This document shows positions 55,214 to 64,000 of a DNA stretch of 64,000 bases, in pieces. The translations under genes were made by a program, and so were the position numbers. How positions within the stretch are numbered: position 1 is the first letter of the stretch; every line of letters starts with the position of its first letter. The DNA is taken from assembly GCA_949289145.1 (NCBI GenBank), contig CASEML010000051.1:2306-66305 (forward strand). The letters are read 5' to 3'. This stretch comes from an uncultured Eubacteriales bacterium. GTDB lineage: Bacteria; Bacillota; Clostridia; Lachnospirales; Lachnospiraceae. The notes under the pieces were generated by a model. The model did not search any database and was not told where the DNA came from. It saw only the letters and a program-made list of their open reading frames with translations.

Positions 55214-55275
55214 TTAATTTTATATGAACCTTTTCGAATAAGCGAATATTATTCCGAAATTATTCGAAAAGGCTA

Positions 55276-56157
55276 TTATCGATGGTAATTAATCCTTCCC
55301 TGGAGCCAGATAGTTCCTTTAAACCTTCTCCCTACCTTAGGCTCTCCCAGCAAATCAAGTTTATTAATGCACACATCAAATACTAATTCATTGATGTTTA
55401 CTGTAAGCTTATATATTTCTTCTTCTGTACTTTTGTTTTTTACAAGAGATACATCTTCAATCTCTCCCATAATAGAATACTTGTCACATTCCACTCCATA
55501 TGGCATAAAATAAGTATCTACCAAACTTAAGATATCTTCCTTTAAGATTCTTCTGGAAATCATGGAATAAGTGTCCATGTCTTCTAAGGTAAGGCTTTCT
55601 ATGGCATCCTCATCGCCTTTTCTTGCCGCCTCTATCAAATGATTTCTGTTTTTAGAAGCTTCTTTGGTTATCTTTATCTGATTTTCTGTTTTATCAATCG
55701 GAAGCAAAATTTTTCCTGATAATGACAGTGCAGACAATGTGGTATCTATTCCTATGCTTTTAATTGGATTCAGCCTCTTTTCATTTTTATATTCACAAAT
55801 ATTTTGTAAATAAAAAATCAAAGATACTCCCACTTTCACATCTTCGCATACACCCGCATAAGATTCTTTATCGGCATGCTGCTCCACAATGATATCTTCC
55901 CTAGATGTAACACCGGTTCCATAAAACAAAGGATAGCAGTAATCTAATTCAAATTCATCATTGTCATTCATCAGACCACATAACATAAGTCCCATTCCTT
56001 CCGCATATTCCTTATATATCTGTATTAAAACATCTTCTCCGTTATCTTCTGATATCTCTGTAATATCAGGTGAACTTACAGTTTCCTTTATATAAGGTTT
56101 CAGATCCTTCTTTAATTTTACATTACTAAATCCTACTGCTCTTAAATACTTATGCAT
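55276..56157 (-). CDS. Conserved clostridial protein of unknown function (DUF3881-like)
   Basis: 293 aa. The N-terminus MHKYLRAVGFSN resembles the DUF3881 family start as I recall it. No catalytic motifs seen. Confidence 0.4.
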   Translation of the reverse strand: MHKYLRAVGFSNVKLKKDLKPYIKETVSSPDITEISEDNGEDVLIQIYKEYAEGMGLMLCGLMNDNDEFELDYCYPLFYGTGVTSREDIIVEQHADKESYAGVCEDVKVGVSLIFYLQNICEYKNEKRLNPIKSIGIDTTLSALSLSGKILLPIDKTENQIKITKEASKNRNHLIEAARKGDEDAIESLTLEDMDTYSMISRRILKEDILSLVDTYFMPYGVECDKYSIMGEIEDVSLVKNKSTEEEIYKLTVNINELVFDVCINKLDLLGEPKVGRRFKGTIWLQGRINYHR

Positions 56158-56264
56158 ATGCTCACATCACTTTTATTCTCTGATTCAATGTATCACCGAC
56201 AATTCAATATTATATAATACAACCGGATAAATGACAAGTAAATAATTTCAATTTATTCTTATTT

Positions 56265-57305
56265 TTACAGAATTTTTTCTATAAAAATTGTGTTCTCCTT
56301 CATCATATCTATTGTTTCCTTAGTCTCAGTCATTCGTATTACCGGCCGTTCCTTCATATATTTATTCTGCCTGATCACTACAGCTTCTTTTCCATTATTT
56401 AACATAATTTTTGTACCGTTTGGATAAAGATAAATAAATTCAAGAAAGATGCTGCATACTTTCTTATTAAATTTGATGCCACTATTATACCGGACATATT
56501 CAATTGCCTCGTGAACTTTTCTCCGCCTGCTTCCAATACCGCAGATCATACTGTCAAAGGCATCACATACTGCCACAATCTGCCTTATAATATCATTATT
56601 TCTTGTATGCAGTGGAAATCCACTTCCGTCAAGACACTCGTGATGTGAAAGTATAATCGATTTTGCGGTCTGTGAAATCCATTGTGCTTTTTCTACCGCA
56701 GAATAACCATAGACAGGATGCTTTTTATATTCAGCCGCTTCATATGCACTCATATCTGACAAATTTTTATTTACTACATCTACTTCAATATATCTCATTC
56801 CAATGTCATGCAGCAAACTTCCCACTGCAATTTCTTTCGTTTGCTCCGGCATGATTCCCAATTTTAACGCTGTCAGCACAGATAATACACAAGTAGAAAC
56901 TGAATGTTCATAAATATCGGCACTTCTCTCATGAATTTCAATGACACAATCTAAAACCTCTTTCTTTTGAATCACCTCTTCAAATATATTCTGTGCTACT
57001 TCTTTCAGCTGACCAATATTGCTGTTTATATTATGTACATGGTGTTCTAAAAGTTGTTTTACTTTGTTACTGTACTCTTGGCGAACCTGTTCTTCTATGG
57101 TTGCCTGTTCTGCCTCGTCACATTCCTTATCTTCTCTTATATATACTTCTTCAATGCCAAGTTCAATTAATTTATCTATATACTCTCTTTTGAGTATTGT
57201 ATCCTCATATATCAGGACAGTTCCAAATTCAAGCAAAATAGGTTTTGCCAGACTTTCTCCGCCCTCTAGTTCTTCTACCCTTTTTCGTTTCATACGTTCC
57301 CCCAT
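56265..57305 (-). CDS. HD-GYP domain protein (putative c-di-GMP phosphodiesterase)
   Basis: LLHDIGM (HD) and HHECLDGSGFP (HHExxDGxGYP variant); 346 aa. Confidence 0.82.
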   Translation of the reverse strand: MGERMKRKRVEELEGGESLAKPILLEFGTVLIYEDTILKREYIDKLIELGIEEVYIREDKECDEAEQATIEEQVRQEYSNKVKQLLEHHVHNINSNIGQLKEVAQNIFEEVIQKKEVLDCVIEIHERSADIYEHSVSTCVLSVLTALKLGIMPEQTKEIAVGSLLHDIGMRYIEVDVVNKNLSDMSAYEAAEYKKHPVYGYSAVEKAQWISQTAKSIILSHHECLDGSGFPLHTRNNDIIRQIVAVCDAFDSMICGIGSRRRKVHEAIEYVRYNSGIKFNKKVCSIFLEFIYLYPNGTKIMLNNGKEAVVIRQNKYMKERPVIRMTETKETIDMMKENTIFIEKIL

Positions 57306-57316
57306 AAGATTTTTGT

Positions 57317-57823
57317 CTACTTTACATTAATTGCATTATTTAAAGCTTTTTCTTCCTCTTCTGACAGATTAATTTCTGATTTTCCGTCAAAAATTTCTTT
57401 TACATAAGTATAACTTCCTTCTCTGTTATGTACTGTATTTAACAGGAATCCGTTATTTTTTTTATCTAACAGAGCCAGTGAAAAACTTAGCTGCCCTCCC
57501 ATTTCATTAAATGCGTCATATTTTACCAATCCAAATTTCTGATATGTTTTTAAGATATTTGCTTTCAATACTTGAATATCTTTGTTCTGCAATTCCTGAT
57601 TTACCTTTAAATCATCCATTTGACGAAATCTGCTGATAATAGTTTCTTCCAGTGATTTTGCATCTTTTCCTTCCATAAAGGACTTATACTTTTTCTTCAA
57701 CTTACCAATCTTTACCAATGAAATAATATTCATAATAAATAAAATCAAAACGATAGCCACACCTGCTGCTGCAACTATTGTTATATTTTCTTTTAGTATT
57801 TCTTGAATATACTCTAAATTCAT
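57317..57823 (-). CDS. DUF4446-like membrane-anchored coiled-coil protein (commonly follows parB in Firmicutes)
   Basis: 168 aa with an N-terminal TM segment AAAGVAIVLILFIMNIISL. It sits immediately downstream of parB. Confidence 0.5.
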   Translation of the reverse strand: MNLEYIQEILKENITIVAAAGVAIVLILFIMNIISLVKIGKLKKKYKSFMEGKDAKSLEETIISRFRQMDDLKVNQELQNKDIQVLKANILKTYQKFGLVKYDAFNEMGGQLSFSLALLDKKNNGFLLNTVHNREGSYTYVKEIFDGKSEINLSEEEEKALNNAINVK

Positions 57824-57838
57824 TTTGTATCTCCCTTA

Positions 57839-58768
57839 TTACTGCTTTATTTGTCTAAATAAATCCATTATTCTGTCAAGTTCATCTACAGAATAGTATT
57901 CGATTTCTATTTTCCCCTTTGTATTGCTTTTGCGGTTAATAACTACTTTTGTTCCCATAATGGATTTAAGCTTTTCCTGCAAATCCTCATAAATTGCTCC
58001 ATCTTCCAAAACCACAAGTTCTTTCTTTGGCTTATCAAGATTTTTAACAAGTTTTTCAGTTTCCCTAACGCTTAATTTTTCATCAAATATTTTTGTAGCA
58101 ATAGCATATTGCTGTTCTTCATCTTCTATGGCAAGCAGTGCTCTTGCATGTCCACTGCTGATCATATCATCAATCAGCATCTGCTGCACTTTTTCTGATA
58201 ATTTCAAAAGTCTTAAAGAGTTTGTTACTGCAGTACGGCTTTTTGATACTTTTTCTGCCACTTCATCCTGTTTTAAATTAAATTCTGTCAACAAACGTTT
58301 GTATGCCATTGCTTCTTCAATAGGATTTAAGTCTTCTCTTTGAAGATTTTCAATCAATGCAATTTCTGCAATTTCCTGTTCGCTGTAGTCTTTTATAATA
58401 ACAGGTATTTCTTTTAAACCTGCCATCTTTGCCGCACGCCATCTTCGTTCACCTGCAACAATTTCATAGTAATCATTTCGCTGTTTTACTATTAAGGGCT
58501 GTATCACTCCATACTGTTTAATGGAATCCGACAGTTCAATCAATGCATCTTCATTAAAATCCTTACGAGGCTGGTCTCTATTAGGCTCTACTTTGCTAAT
58601 TTTCACAAACAGTTCGGCCTTTACAACCTCTTTCACCACTTCCTTAACAACTTCTTTTACTTTTATATCTTCTTTTTTTGTAGAAGAAGCGTTTTCTTTT
58701 CCACTTGGGATCAAAGAGTCCAGACCTTTACCCAGACCTTTGCCCAAACCGGCTTTTTTTACTGCCAT
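57839..58768 (-). CDS. parB: Chromosome partitioning protein ParB/Spo0J
   Basis: QPRKDF, the IVAGERRWRAA box, and the HTH SKSRTAVTNSLRLL. Confidence 0.93.
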   Translation of the reverse strand: MAVKKAGLGKGLGKGLDSLIPSGKENASSTKKEDIKVKEVVKEVVKEVVKAELFVKISKVEPNRDQPRKDFNEDALIELSDSIKQYGVIQPLIVKQRNDYYEIVAGERRWRAAKMAGLKEIPVIIKDYSEQEIAEIALIENLQREDLNPIEEAMAYKRLLTEFNLKQDEVAEKVSKSRTAVTNSLRLLKLSEKVQQMLIDDMISSGHARALLAIEDEEQQYAIATKIFDEKLSVRETEKLVKNLDKPKKELVVLEDGAIYEDLQEKLKSIMGTKVVINRKSNTKGKIEIEYYSVDELDRIMDLFRQIKQ

Positions 58769-58780
58769 TATTTTTCTCCT

Positions 58781-59557
58781 TTAATCTTCAATTTCTTCTC
58801 CTCTGTGAATCACTTCTTCCGCCAACAGCTGATAACTTTCCGCTCCCGCTGATTTGGGATCGTATATGTTAATAGGAAGGCCATGGCTGGGAGCTTCTGC
58901 AAGTCTTACATTCCGAGGAATAATTGTCTTATATATTGTCTGATTCAGATTATTTTTCACATTTTCCACTACCTGCAAGGATAAATTAGTTCTGGCGTCA
59001 TACATAGTAAATACAACACCCTCCATTTCTAATGCAGGATTCAATCGTTCTTTCACCAAATCTACTGTATGTAGTAATTGGCTTAAACCTTCCAGCGCAT
59101 AATACTCACACTGGATTGGAACCAGCACTGTATCTGCTGTAGTCATTGCATTTACTGTAAGCATATTTAAGGAAGGAGGACAATCGATAATTACAAAATC
59201 ATATTCATCTCTCACCTTAGATACTTCTTTCTTCAATATGTACTCTTTTTCATCAATCCCAATCAGTTCTATTTCTGCTGCCGCCAATTCCACATTAGAA
59301 GGCAAAATGGACAAATTGTCCAAAACATCATTTATGATACAGTCTTCTATTTCATATTCGCCCAGCATTAGTTCATAGATTGTTTTATCCAGTTCATTTT
59401 TGTCTAAGCCAAAACCACTTGTAGTATTTCCCTGAGGATCCACATCAATTACAAGTACTTTTTTCTCTAATTCAGCAAGTGCAGCTGATAAATTAATTGC
59501 TGTGGTAGTCTTACCAACTCCGCCTTTCTGGTTTGCTATTGCAATAATTCGTCCCAT
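58781..59557 (-). CDS. parA: Chromosome partitioning ATPase ParA/Soj
   Basis: Deviant Walker A NQKGGVGKTTT and IIDCPPS; 258 aa. Confidence 0.93.
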   Translation of the reverse strand: MGRIIAIANQKGGVGKTTTAINLSAALAELEKKVLVIDVDPQGNTTSGFGLDKNELDKTIYELMLGEYEIEDCIINDVLDNLSILPSNVELAAAEIELIGIDEKEYILKKEVSKVRDEYDFVIIDCPPSLNMLTVNAMTTADTVLVPIQCEYYALEGLSQLLHTVDLVKERLNPALEMEGVVFTMYDARTNLSLQVVENVKNNLNQTIYKTIIPRNVRLAEAPSHGLPINIYDPKSAGAESYQLLAEEVIHRGEEIED

Positions 59558-59873
59558 TTTTATCGCCTTTCTCTAAGTAACAACGCATATCTATTTTATT
59601 ATACAATATATGATTTTGATTCGCAATGGGGTTTTGAGGAATTAGAGAAAAGATGCAACGGTTAAGATTTATTCTATCATATTCTGAACTGTTCTTAAAG
59701 AATTATTATAATAGCTTTCTAGATTCCTGTATGCTATTACTTTTGTATTTTAATTATAGTTGATTTATAAGGCTATTTTAAAAACCGCTAAAATAATAGA
59801 TGACTATAGAGTGTATAAGTTACAAATGGAAGTTTTTTCTTTGCATAAAATATAAATTTTCAGTTGAATTTGA

Positions 59874-59889
59874 TGTTTCACGTGAAACA
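59874..59889. promoter_or_regulatory. parS site (perfect 16-bp palindrome)
   Basis: TGTTTCACGTGAAACA matches the Firmicutes parS consensus tGTTNCACGTGAAACa. Confidence 0.88.
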
Positions 59890-60001
59890 TTCTCTATTGT
59901 TTTAATTTCAACTACACTTTCGTAGTAGATTATAATAGTCTTAATAGAATCAAATTAGAACACTTAAATTTTCTTTATTAGTTCATACTATTACTTGTTT
60001 C

Positions 60002-60017
60002 ATGTTTCACGTGAAAC
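60002..60017. promoter_or_regulatory. Second parS site, embedded in a longer palindrome
   Basis: TGTTTCACGTGAAACA sits inside GTTTCATGTTTCACGTGAAACATGAAAC (59995-60022). Confidence 0.88.
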
Positions 60018-60425
60018 ATGAAACACTTATTTTTTCTGTAAGTGTTCTCCCTTATACATATTCCCTAAGCTCGTCCTAGATTATCCCAACAATCAGCCTC
60101 AATAAATGGTTTTTGTCCAAGAAGGTTCATAGACTCTGTACTTTTCTTGATAATACTTAAGTCCTTTCCAATTTCACCTATTTGTATGCAGAATAAAATT
60201 GAGTAGAAGGGGATGGCTAAGTTCAGTCCTCTCACACCACCGCTTATGCACTTCCGCAAGCGGCGGTCAGATTGTTTAAATATATATAAATTTCTTTGGT
60301 ATAGCTTTGGATAGACTTCCTTCAGATTCCATCTCACAATGGACACCCTTGTGACTGGCTGTAAGTTTCTCACTATCAGGGCACTTCACAAACTTACACG
60401 ATTAGATTATGCCCGTGCTGGGCAA

Positions 60426-60465
60426 AGAAAAAAGCAGAGAACTTAACTTTATCAAATTCTCTGCT
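60426..60465 (-). terminator. Terminator of the histidine kinase/response regulator operon
   Basis: Stem AGCAGAGAA(60433-41)/TTCTCTGCT(60457-65), followed on the minus strand by TTTTTTCTTTG. Confidence 0.7.
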
Positions 60466-60481
60466 TTCCACATATAAAATA

Positions 60482-61126
60482 TTACTTTATATCCACAACA
60501 CTATTCCGTATTGCAAACACTGCTGCCTGAGTTCGATCTGCTGCACCAATCTTTTTAAATAAATTAAACACATGATTTTTTACAGTACGCTCACTGATAT
60601 TTAATCTATCTCCAATCTCTTTATTAAATAAACCTTCTGCTATTAATTTCAATATTTGCAGTTCTCTTTTCGTAAGAGAGTGTAGTTTATCTAAATCACT
60701 TTCTTTCTCTACCAGTTTTTGATTAAGCAATGGTGTTAATTCCGGCTGAATATATTTTTCACCATTATATATACTGAAAATTGCTTTCTTTAGTTCTGCA
60801 GATCCGGAATCTTTTAATAAATACCCATCAATCCCAATATCAATAGCCTTAATCAGATAATCTATTTCATTATGGACTGTAAGCATCAGCACTTTTATCG
60901 ATGTCTGTCCCTTATTTATCTTTTCTAATACTTGTAAACCGTTCATTTTTGGCATATTGATATCAAGCAATAGTACATCTGCTTTCACTTTTTTTAACAA
61001 ATTAAGACATTCGATTCCGTCTGCCGCTTCACCTACCACTTGAATTTCACCGGTAATTTCTAATAACTGTTTTATTCCTTCTCGAATCATTGAATGGTCA
61101 TCGGCAAGTATAACTTTTACAGACAT
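60482..61126 (-). CDS. NarL/LuxR-family response regulator (DegU-like)
   Basis: Receiver VILADDH...LLLDINMP...; C-terminal HTH LTKRELQILKLIAEGLFNKEIGDRLNISERTVKNHV. Confidence 0.9.
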   Translation of the reverse strand: MSVKVILADDHSMIREGIKQLLEITGEIQVVGEAADGIECLNLLKKVKADVLLLDINMPKMNGLQVLEKINKGQTSIKVLMLTVHNEIDYLIKAIDIGIDGYLLKDSGSAELKKAIFSIYNGEKYIQPELTPLLNQKLVEKESDLDKLHSLTKRELQILKLIAEGLFNKEIGDRLNISERTVKNHVFNLFKKIGAADRTQAAVFAIRNSVVDIK

Positions 61127-61131
61127 ATTTT

Positions 61132-62199
61132 TTATTCCTCCTCTAAAAATGGTACTTTCACAATTATGCTCGTTCCCTTACCCATTTCGGAATTTATATT
61201 GATCTCGCCAGAGAATAAATATACTCGTTCTTTCATCATAGATAACCCAAAACCGGAATTATCCTCTCTTTTTATATTCTTTAGTCGGTCTGTATCAAAT
61301 CCCACTCCATCATCATTAATTGTAATACACAAGAAAGACTGTACTTTTTCTACAATAACCTGAATGTTTTCAGCTTTTGCATGCTTTACTGCATTATTGC
61401 AGGATTCTTGTATAATACGGAATATAGTCAGTTTTAAAATAGATTTTAAATTACTTTGTTTTAAAACATTTTCTTGGTCAATAAATACTATTTTTTTATT
61501 ATATTCATTTTTTATTTGTTCCAAAAATTGTTTTATTGTAACATCAATCCCAATATCATCAAATGACATAGGACGCAAGTCATAGATAGTAGAACGGATA
61601 TCAGCTATAATAGTTTTTAAATAATTCATGGTAGATTTTAATTCCAATTTACATCTGATTGCATCCACATCTATCAGATTACTGCAAAGTTCCAGTTTAT
61701 GAAACAATGCAACCAGATTCTGGATAGAGGAATCGTGTAATTCCCTTGCTATTCTCTGGCGTTCCAATTCTTGAGTTTCCAGCATCATTAGCTTTTCATC
61801 ATCAACTTCAAATTTATCCTTCTTTTCTTCTACCAGTTGAATTGACTTTAACCAGCATGCCAGATTTCGTAAATCGGCCTCGTTTTTTCTTATAGTTTCT
61901 AGCCGTTGCTTTTCTGTAACGATTTCATCCTCCAGCTGCTGTTTTTCTTTCATATAATTTTGCTTTTTTTCCAAATCCAAAGAATAATTTACTTTTGGAG
62001 TAAATATTTCAAGTTCATTTACTTCCTCGTTAAAATATGCAATATGTTTTTTTACTTCCTCCAAATGTTTCTCTTTGGATTCCAGTATAAATTCTCTTTT
62101 AATTCTATCATCCGTAATTTTTTTATAGCAGGCAAATATATTATCCTCTATCTGCTTTTTCTTATCACAGGATGTTATACATTTATCTTCCAATTGCAT
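61132..62199 (-). CDS. Cytoplasmic HisKA_3-type histidine kinase with a coiled-coil N-terminus (DegS-like)
   Basis: No TM segment. H-box ARELHDSSIQNL, N-box QESCNNAVKHA, G1 DDGVGF, G2 GFGLSMMKERV. Confidence 0.85.
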   Translation of the reverse strand: MQLEDKCITSCDKKKQIEDNIFACYKKITDDRIKREFILESKEKHLEEVKKHIAYFNEEVNELEIFTPKVNYSLDLEKKQNYMKEKQQLEDEIVTEKQRLETIRKNEADLRNLACWLKSIQLVEEKKDKFEVDDEKLMMLETQELERQRIARELHDSSIQNLVALFHKLELCSNLIDVDAIRCKLELKSTMNYLKTIIADIRSTIYDLRPMSFDDIGIDVTIKQFLEQIKNEYNKKIVFIDQENVLKQSNLKSILKLTIFRIIQESCNNAVKHAKAENIQVIVEKVQSFLCITINDDGVGFDTDRLKNIKREDNSGFGLSMMKERVYLFSGEININSEMGKGTSIIVKVPFLEEE

Positions 62200-62376
62200 G
62201 ATGCTCCTATCGTTTCCGATTTTACCCCAATAAATTAATTATAAATTAAAGCTTAAGCAAATACAACTATTTTCGTTTTATTTTCCTGGGAAATTATTTT
62301 TATGTTCTTGTATATCTTATCATATTGGACTATAATATAAATACATGTAAATACAAATTCAGAAAGGAATTTTTTT

Positions 62377-63318
62377 ATGAAAAAGAAATTAAAAAACTTA
62401 GTTTTATTTACCTCACTCAGTGTTTTAAGTATACATCTTTTAAATAAATTTTTGACTTTCACAGCAACGATACGGGATTTATTAAAATCCGAATTAGGAT
62501 TTTTCTATGAATGGAGATTTGGCAAAATATATTATACCAAACAGGGAACCGGTTCTCCGCTTTTGTTAATCCATGATCTAACCACCGCAAGTTCATCCTA
62601 TGAGTGGAATGAAATGGTAAGTTCCTTATCAGAAAATCACACTGTTTATACTATTGATCTGCTGGGCTGCGGGCGTTCCGATAAACCTAATCTGACTTAC
62701 ACAAACTTTTTATATGTGCAGCTGATTTCAGATTTTGTTAAAAATATCATTGGTCATAAAACAGACGTTATAGTTACTGGAGATGCTTCTCCTCTTGTAA
62801 TTACAGCCTGCGGAAACGATGCCACCCTGTTTAATAAGATTATTATGATCAATCCTATGAGCTTGTATCGTTTAAATGAGATTCCTTCCAAACGCACCAA
62901 GACTTTGAAAATACTGATTGAAACACCGATTCTTGGCACCTTACTTTATAATTTATATGCTATGAAATGTAATATTGAAGATAAGTTTATTGAAAACTAC
63001 TACTTTAACCCTTTTAAAGTTAAACAAACTTACATTGATACTTATTATGAATCTTCAAATCTTGGAAATGCTAAATATTTGTTTGCAAGTCTGAAGGGAA
63101 GATACACTAACATTAATATACTTCATTCTTTGAAAAATATTAACCATAGTATATATATTATCGGTGGTTCAGAAGAAAATGAAATTAAAACTACCATTGA
63201 CAATTACTCTTACTATAACCCTTCTATTGAATCTTACATTATTAAGAAAACAAAACATCTTCCACAATTAGAAGCACCGGAAGAATTGTTAGAGCAGGTT
63301 GAAATTTTTCTTGGTTAA
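62377..63318 (+). CDS. Membrane-anchored alpha/beta-hydrolase-fold protein (canonical GxSxG not evident)
   Basis: N-terminal TM. The layout is typical: GTGSPLLLIHDL...YTIDLLGCGRSDKP...IVTGDASPLV...PQLEAPEEL. The nucleophile elbow reads TGDASP instead of GxSxG. Confidence 0.5.
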   Translation: MKKKLKNLVLFTSLSVLSIHLLNKFLTFTATIRDLLKSELGFFYEWRFGKIYYTKQGTGSPLLLIHDLTTASSSYEWNEMVSSLSENHTVYTIDLLGCGRSDKPNLTYTNFLYVQLISDFVKNIIGHKTDVIVTGDASPLVITACGNDATLFNKIIMINPMSLYRLNEIPSKRTKTLKILIETPILGTLLYNLYAMKCNIEDKFIENYYFNPFKVKQTYIDTYYESSNLGNAKYLFASLKGRYTNINILHSLKNINHSIYIIGGSEENEIKTTIDNYSYYNPSIESYIIKKTKHLPQLEAPEELLEQVEIFLG

Positions 63319-63322
63319 CTTC

Positions 63323-63369
63323 AAAAAAATGCAGGAGACTGTCCCGAAAACAGTTTCCTGCATTTTTTT
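63323..63369. terminator. Bidirectional terminator between the convergent hydrolase gene and rsmG
   Basis: Stem TGCAGGAGACTGT(63330-42)/ACAGTTTCCTGCA(63350-62) with one G:T position, an A-run before and a T-run after. Confidence 0.7.
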
Positions 63370-63405
63370 ATAATTTTTCCCATAAGAAATTTTTCTTGTA
63401 CATCT

Positions 63406-64000
63406 TTACAATCCCAAAGGCTCCTTTGTAGGCATTCCTGCCTTTCTTGGATATTTTTTTGAAGTATGTTTCACCTTTTCAATTAATATGAATGTACGAG
63501 TAATATCTGTATCTGGAAGAATCAATTCTTTACATTCCATTTTATTTCCCCCAAGAATCCGCATCGCTTTTTCTGATGATTTCAATTCTTCACGAATGTT
63601 TCCTGATTTATATGGAACAAACGCTCCCCCTAACTTTACAAAAGGGATGCAATATTCTGAGAGAGAAGCCAGATTTGCTACTGCTCTGGACACAGCCAGA
63701 TCAAACTGTTCTCTGTATTCTTCTTTTTTTGCATAATCTTCTGCTCTGCCATGTATCAATTCCATCTGCTGCAATTCTAAGTTATCCACAACCGTATCCA
63801 AAAATTTAATTCTTTTCCCCAAAGAGTCCAATAATACAAACTTTTTCTGTGGAAAAGCAATTTTTAGTGGTATTCCAGGAAAACCTGCTCCGGTTCCAAC
63901 ATCAATAATACGGTCCGCCTGATCCATATCATATGCTTTCACCATCAGCAGACTGTCTAAAAAATGTTTGCTGACAACTTCTTCATACTCGGTAATTCCC
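63406..64000 (-). CDS. rsmG: 16S rRNA (guanine527-N7)-methyltransferase RsmG/GidB, 5' end beyond the window
   Basis: The frame stays open upstream of the tracked Met to the window edge (...GITEYEEVVSKHFLDSLLMVKAY). Motifs HFLDSL and DVGTGAGFPGIPLKI are present. Confidence 0.9.
   Translation of the reverse strand, partial: GITEYEEVVSKHFLDSLLMVKAYDMDQADRIIDVGTGAGFPGIPLKIAFPQKKFVLLDSLGKRIKFLDTVVDNLELQQMELIHGRAEDYAKKEEYREQFDLAVSRAVANLASLSEYCIPFVKLGGAFVPYKSGNIREELKSSEKAMRILGGNKMECKELILPDTDITRTFILIEKVKHTSKKYPRKAGMPTKEPLGL

Noticed and set aside
60065-60373. 102-aa minus-strand ORF; also considered RNase P RNA, SRP RNA, tmRNA, 6S RNA, a T-box or a group II intron fragment for this interval
   Set aside because: The ORF has a GTG start, no SD and no family-like features. 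For the RNAs, I could not find the GAGGAAAGUCC P4 strand of RNase P. I could not find the GGAA-tetraloop helix-8 motif of SRP in the right context. I also found no tRNA-like ends of tmRNA, no T-box sequence, and neither a GUGYG 5' end nor a domain V. It is kept only as an unassigned structured segment.
60476-60495. DnaA-box-like ATATCCACA near the response-regulator gene end
   Set aside because: It is a single one-mismatch copy inside or adjacent to coding sequence. No cluster of boxes or AT-rich unwinding element is present, and oriC is expected beyond rsmG, outside this window.

Overview
AT-rich Firmicutes (Clostridia/Lachnospiraceae-like) chromosome segment, coded almost entirely on the minus strand. 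The right end is the origin-proximal block: rsmG, an inserted two-component system and hydrolase, then parA, parB and DUF4446, with two perfect parS sites.

Left to right:
- Mobile-element debris: the 5' part of an IS110 transposase with a structured upstream non-coding region, a minimal tyrosine recombinase behind a strand-skewed repeat-bearing island, and a decayed resolvase-like ORF.
- A WapA/Rhs-type polymorphic toxin locus: a YD + 3xCBM-like accessory protein, a 2955-aa RHS protein ending in a colicin-DNase-like HNH module, a SUKH/SMI1 immunity gene, and a decayed orphan immunity gene.
- glgB with a small upstream ORF, a TetR regulator with a clear promoter/operator, and a TPR/acidic/degenerate-AAA protein.
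- A roughly 0.9-kb non-coding gap and a disrupted CPBP protease gene.
- A translationally coupled three-gene operon (kleisin-like 516 aa, MukE/JetB-like 238 aa, SMC/MukB-like about 1470 aa). It has no JetD/MksG nuclease gene and follows a tiny 3x Cys4-repeat protein.
- Pullulanase, an orphan LytTR regulator, trmB, pheA, a DUF5050 protein, a D-Ala-D-Ala carboxypeptidase and a heterodimeric ABC exporter.
- An eight-gene tightly packed sortase-pilus operon: fibro-slime/PA14 tip adhesin, major pilin and two class C sortases. It is interrupted by MoxR, DUF58 and transglutaminase-like genes and closed by a DEDDh exonuclease.
- tRNA-Arg(CCT), DUF3881, HD-GYP, DUF4446, parB, parA, the parS pair, an unassigned structured non-coding stretch, a DegS/DegU-like pair, an alpha/beta-fold protein and rsmG.

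No CRISPR array, rRNA or prophage was seen. The best candidates for something undescribed are the JetD-less SMC-like operon and the pilus operon with the embedded MoxR/DUF58/TGase triad. All family assignments come from motifs read in the translations and need profile or structure searches to confirm.
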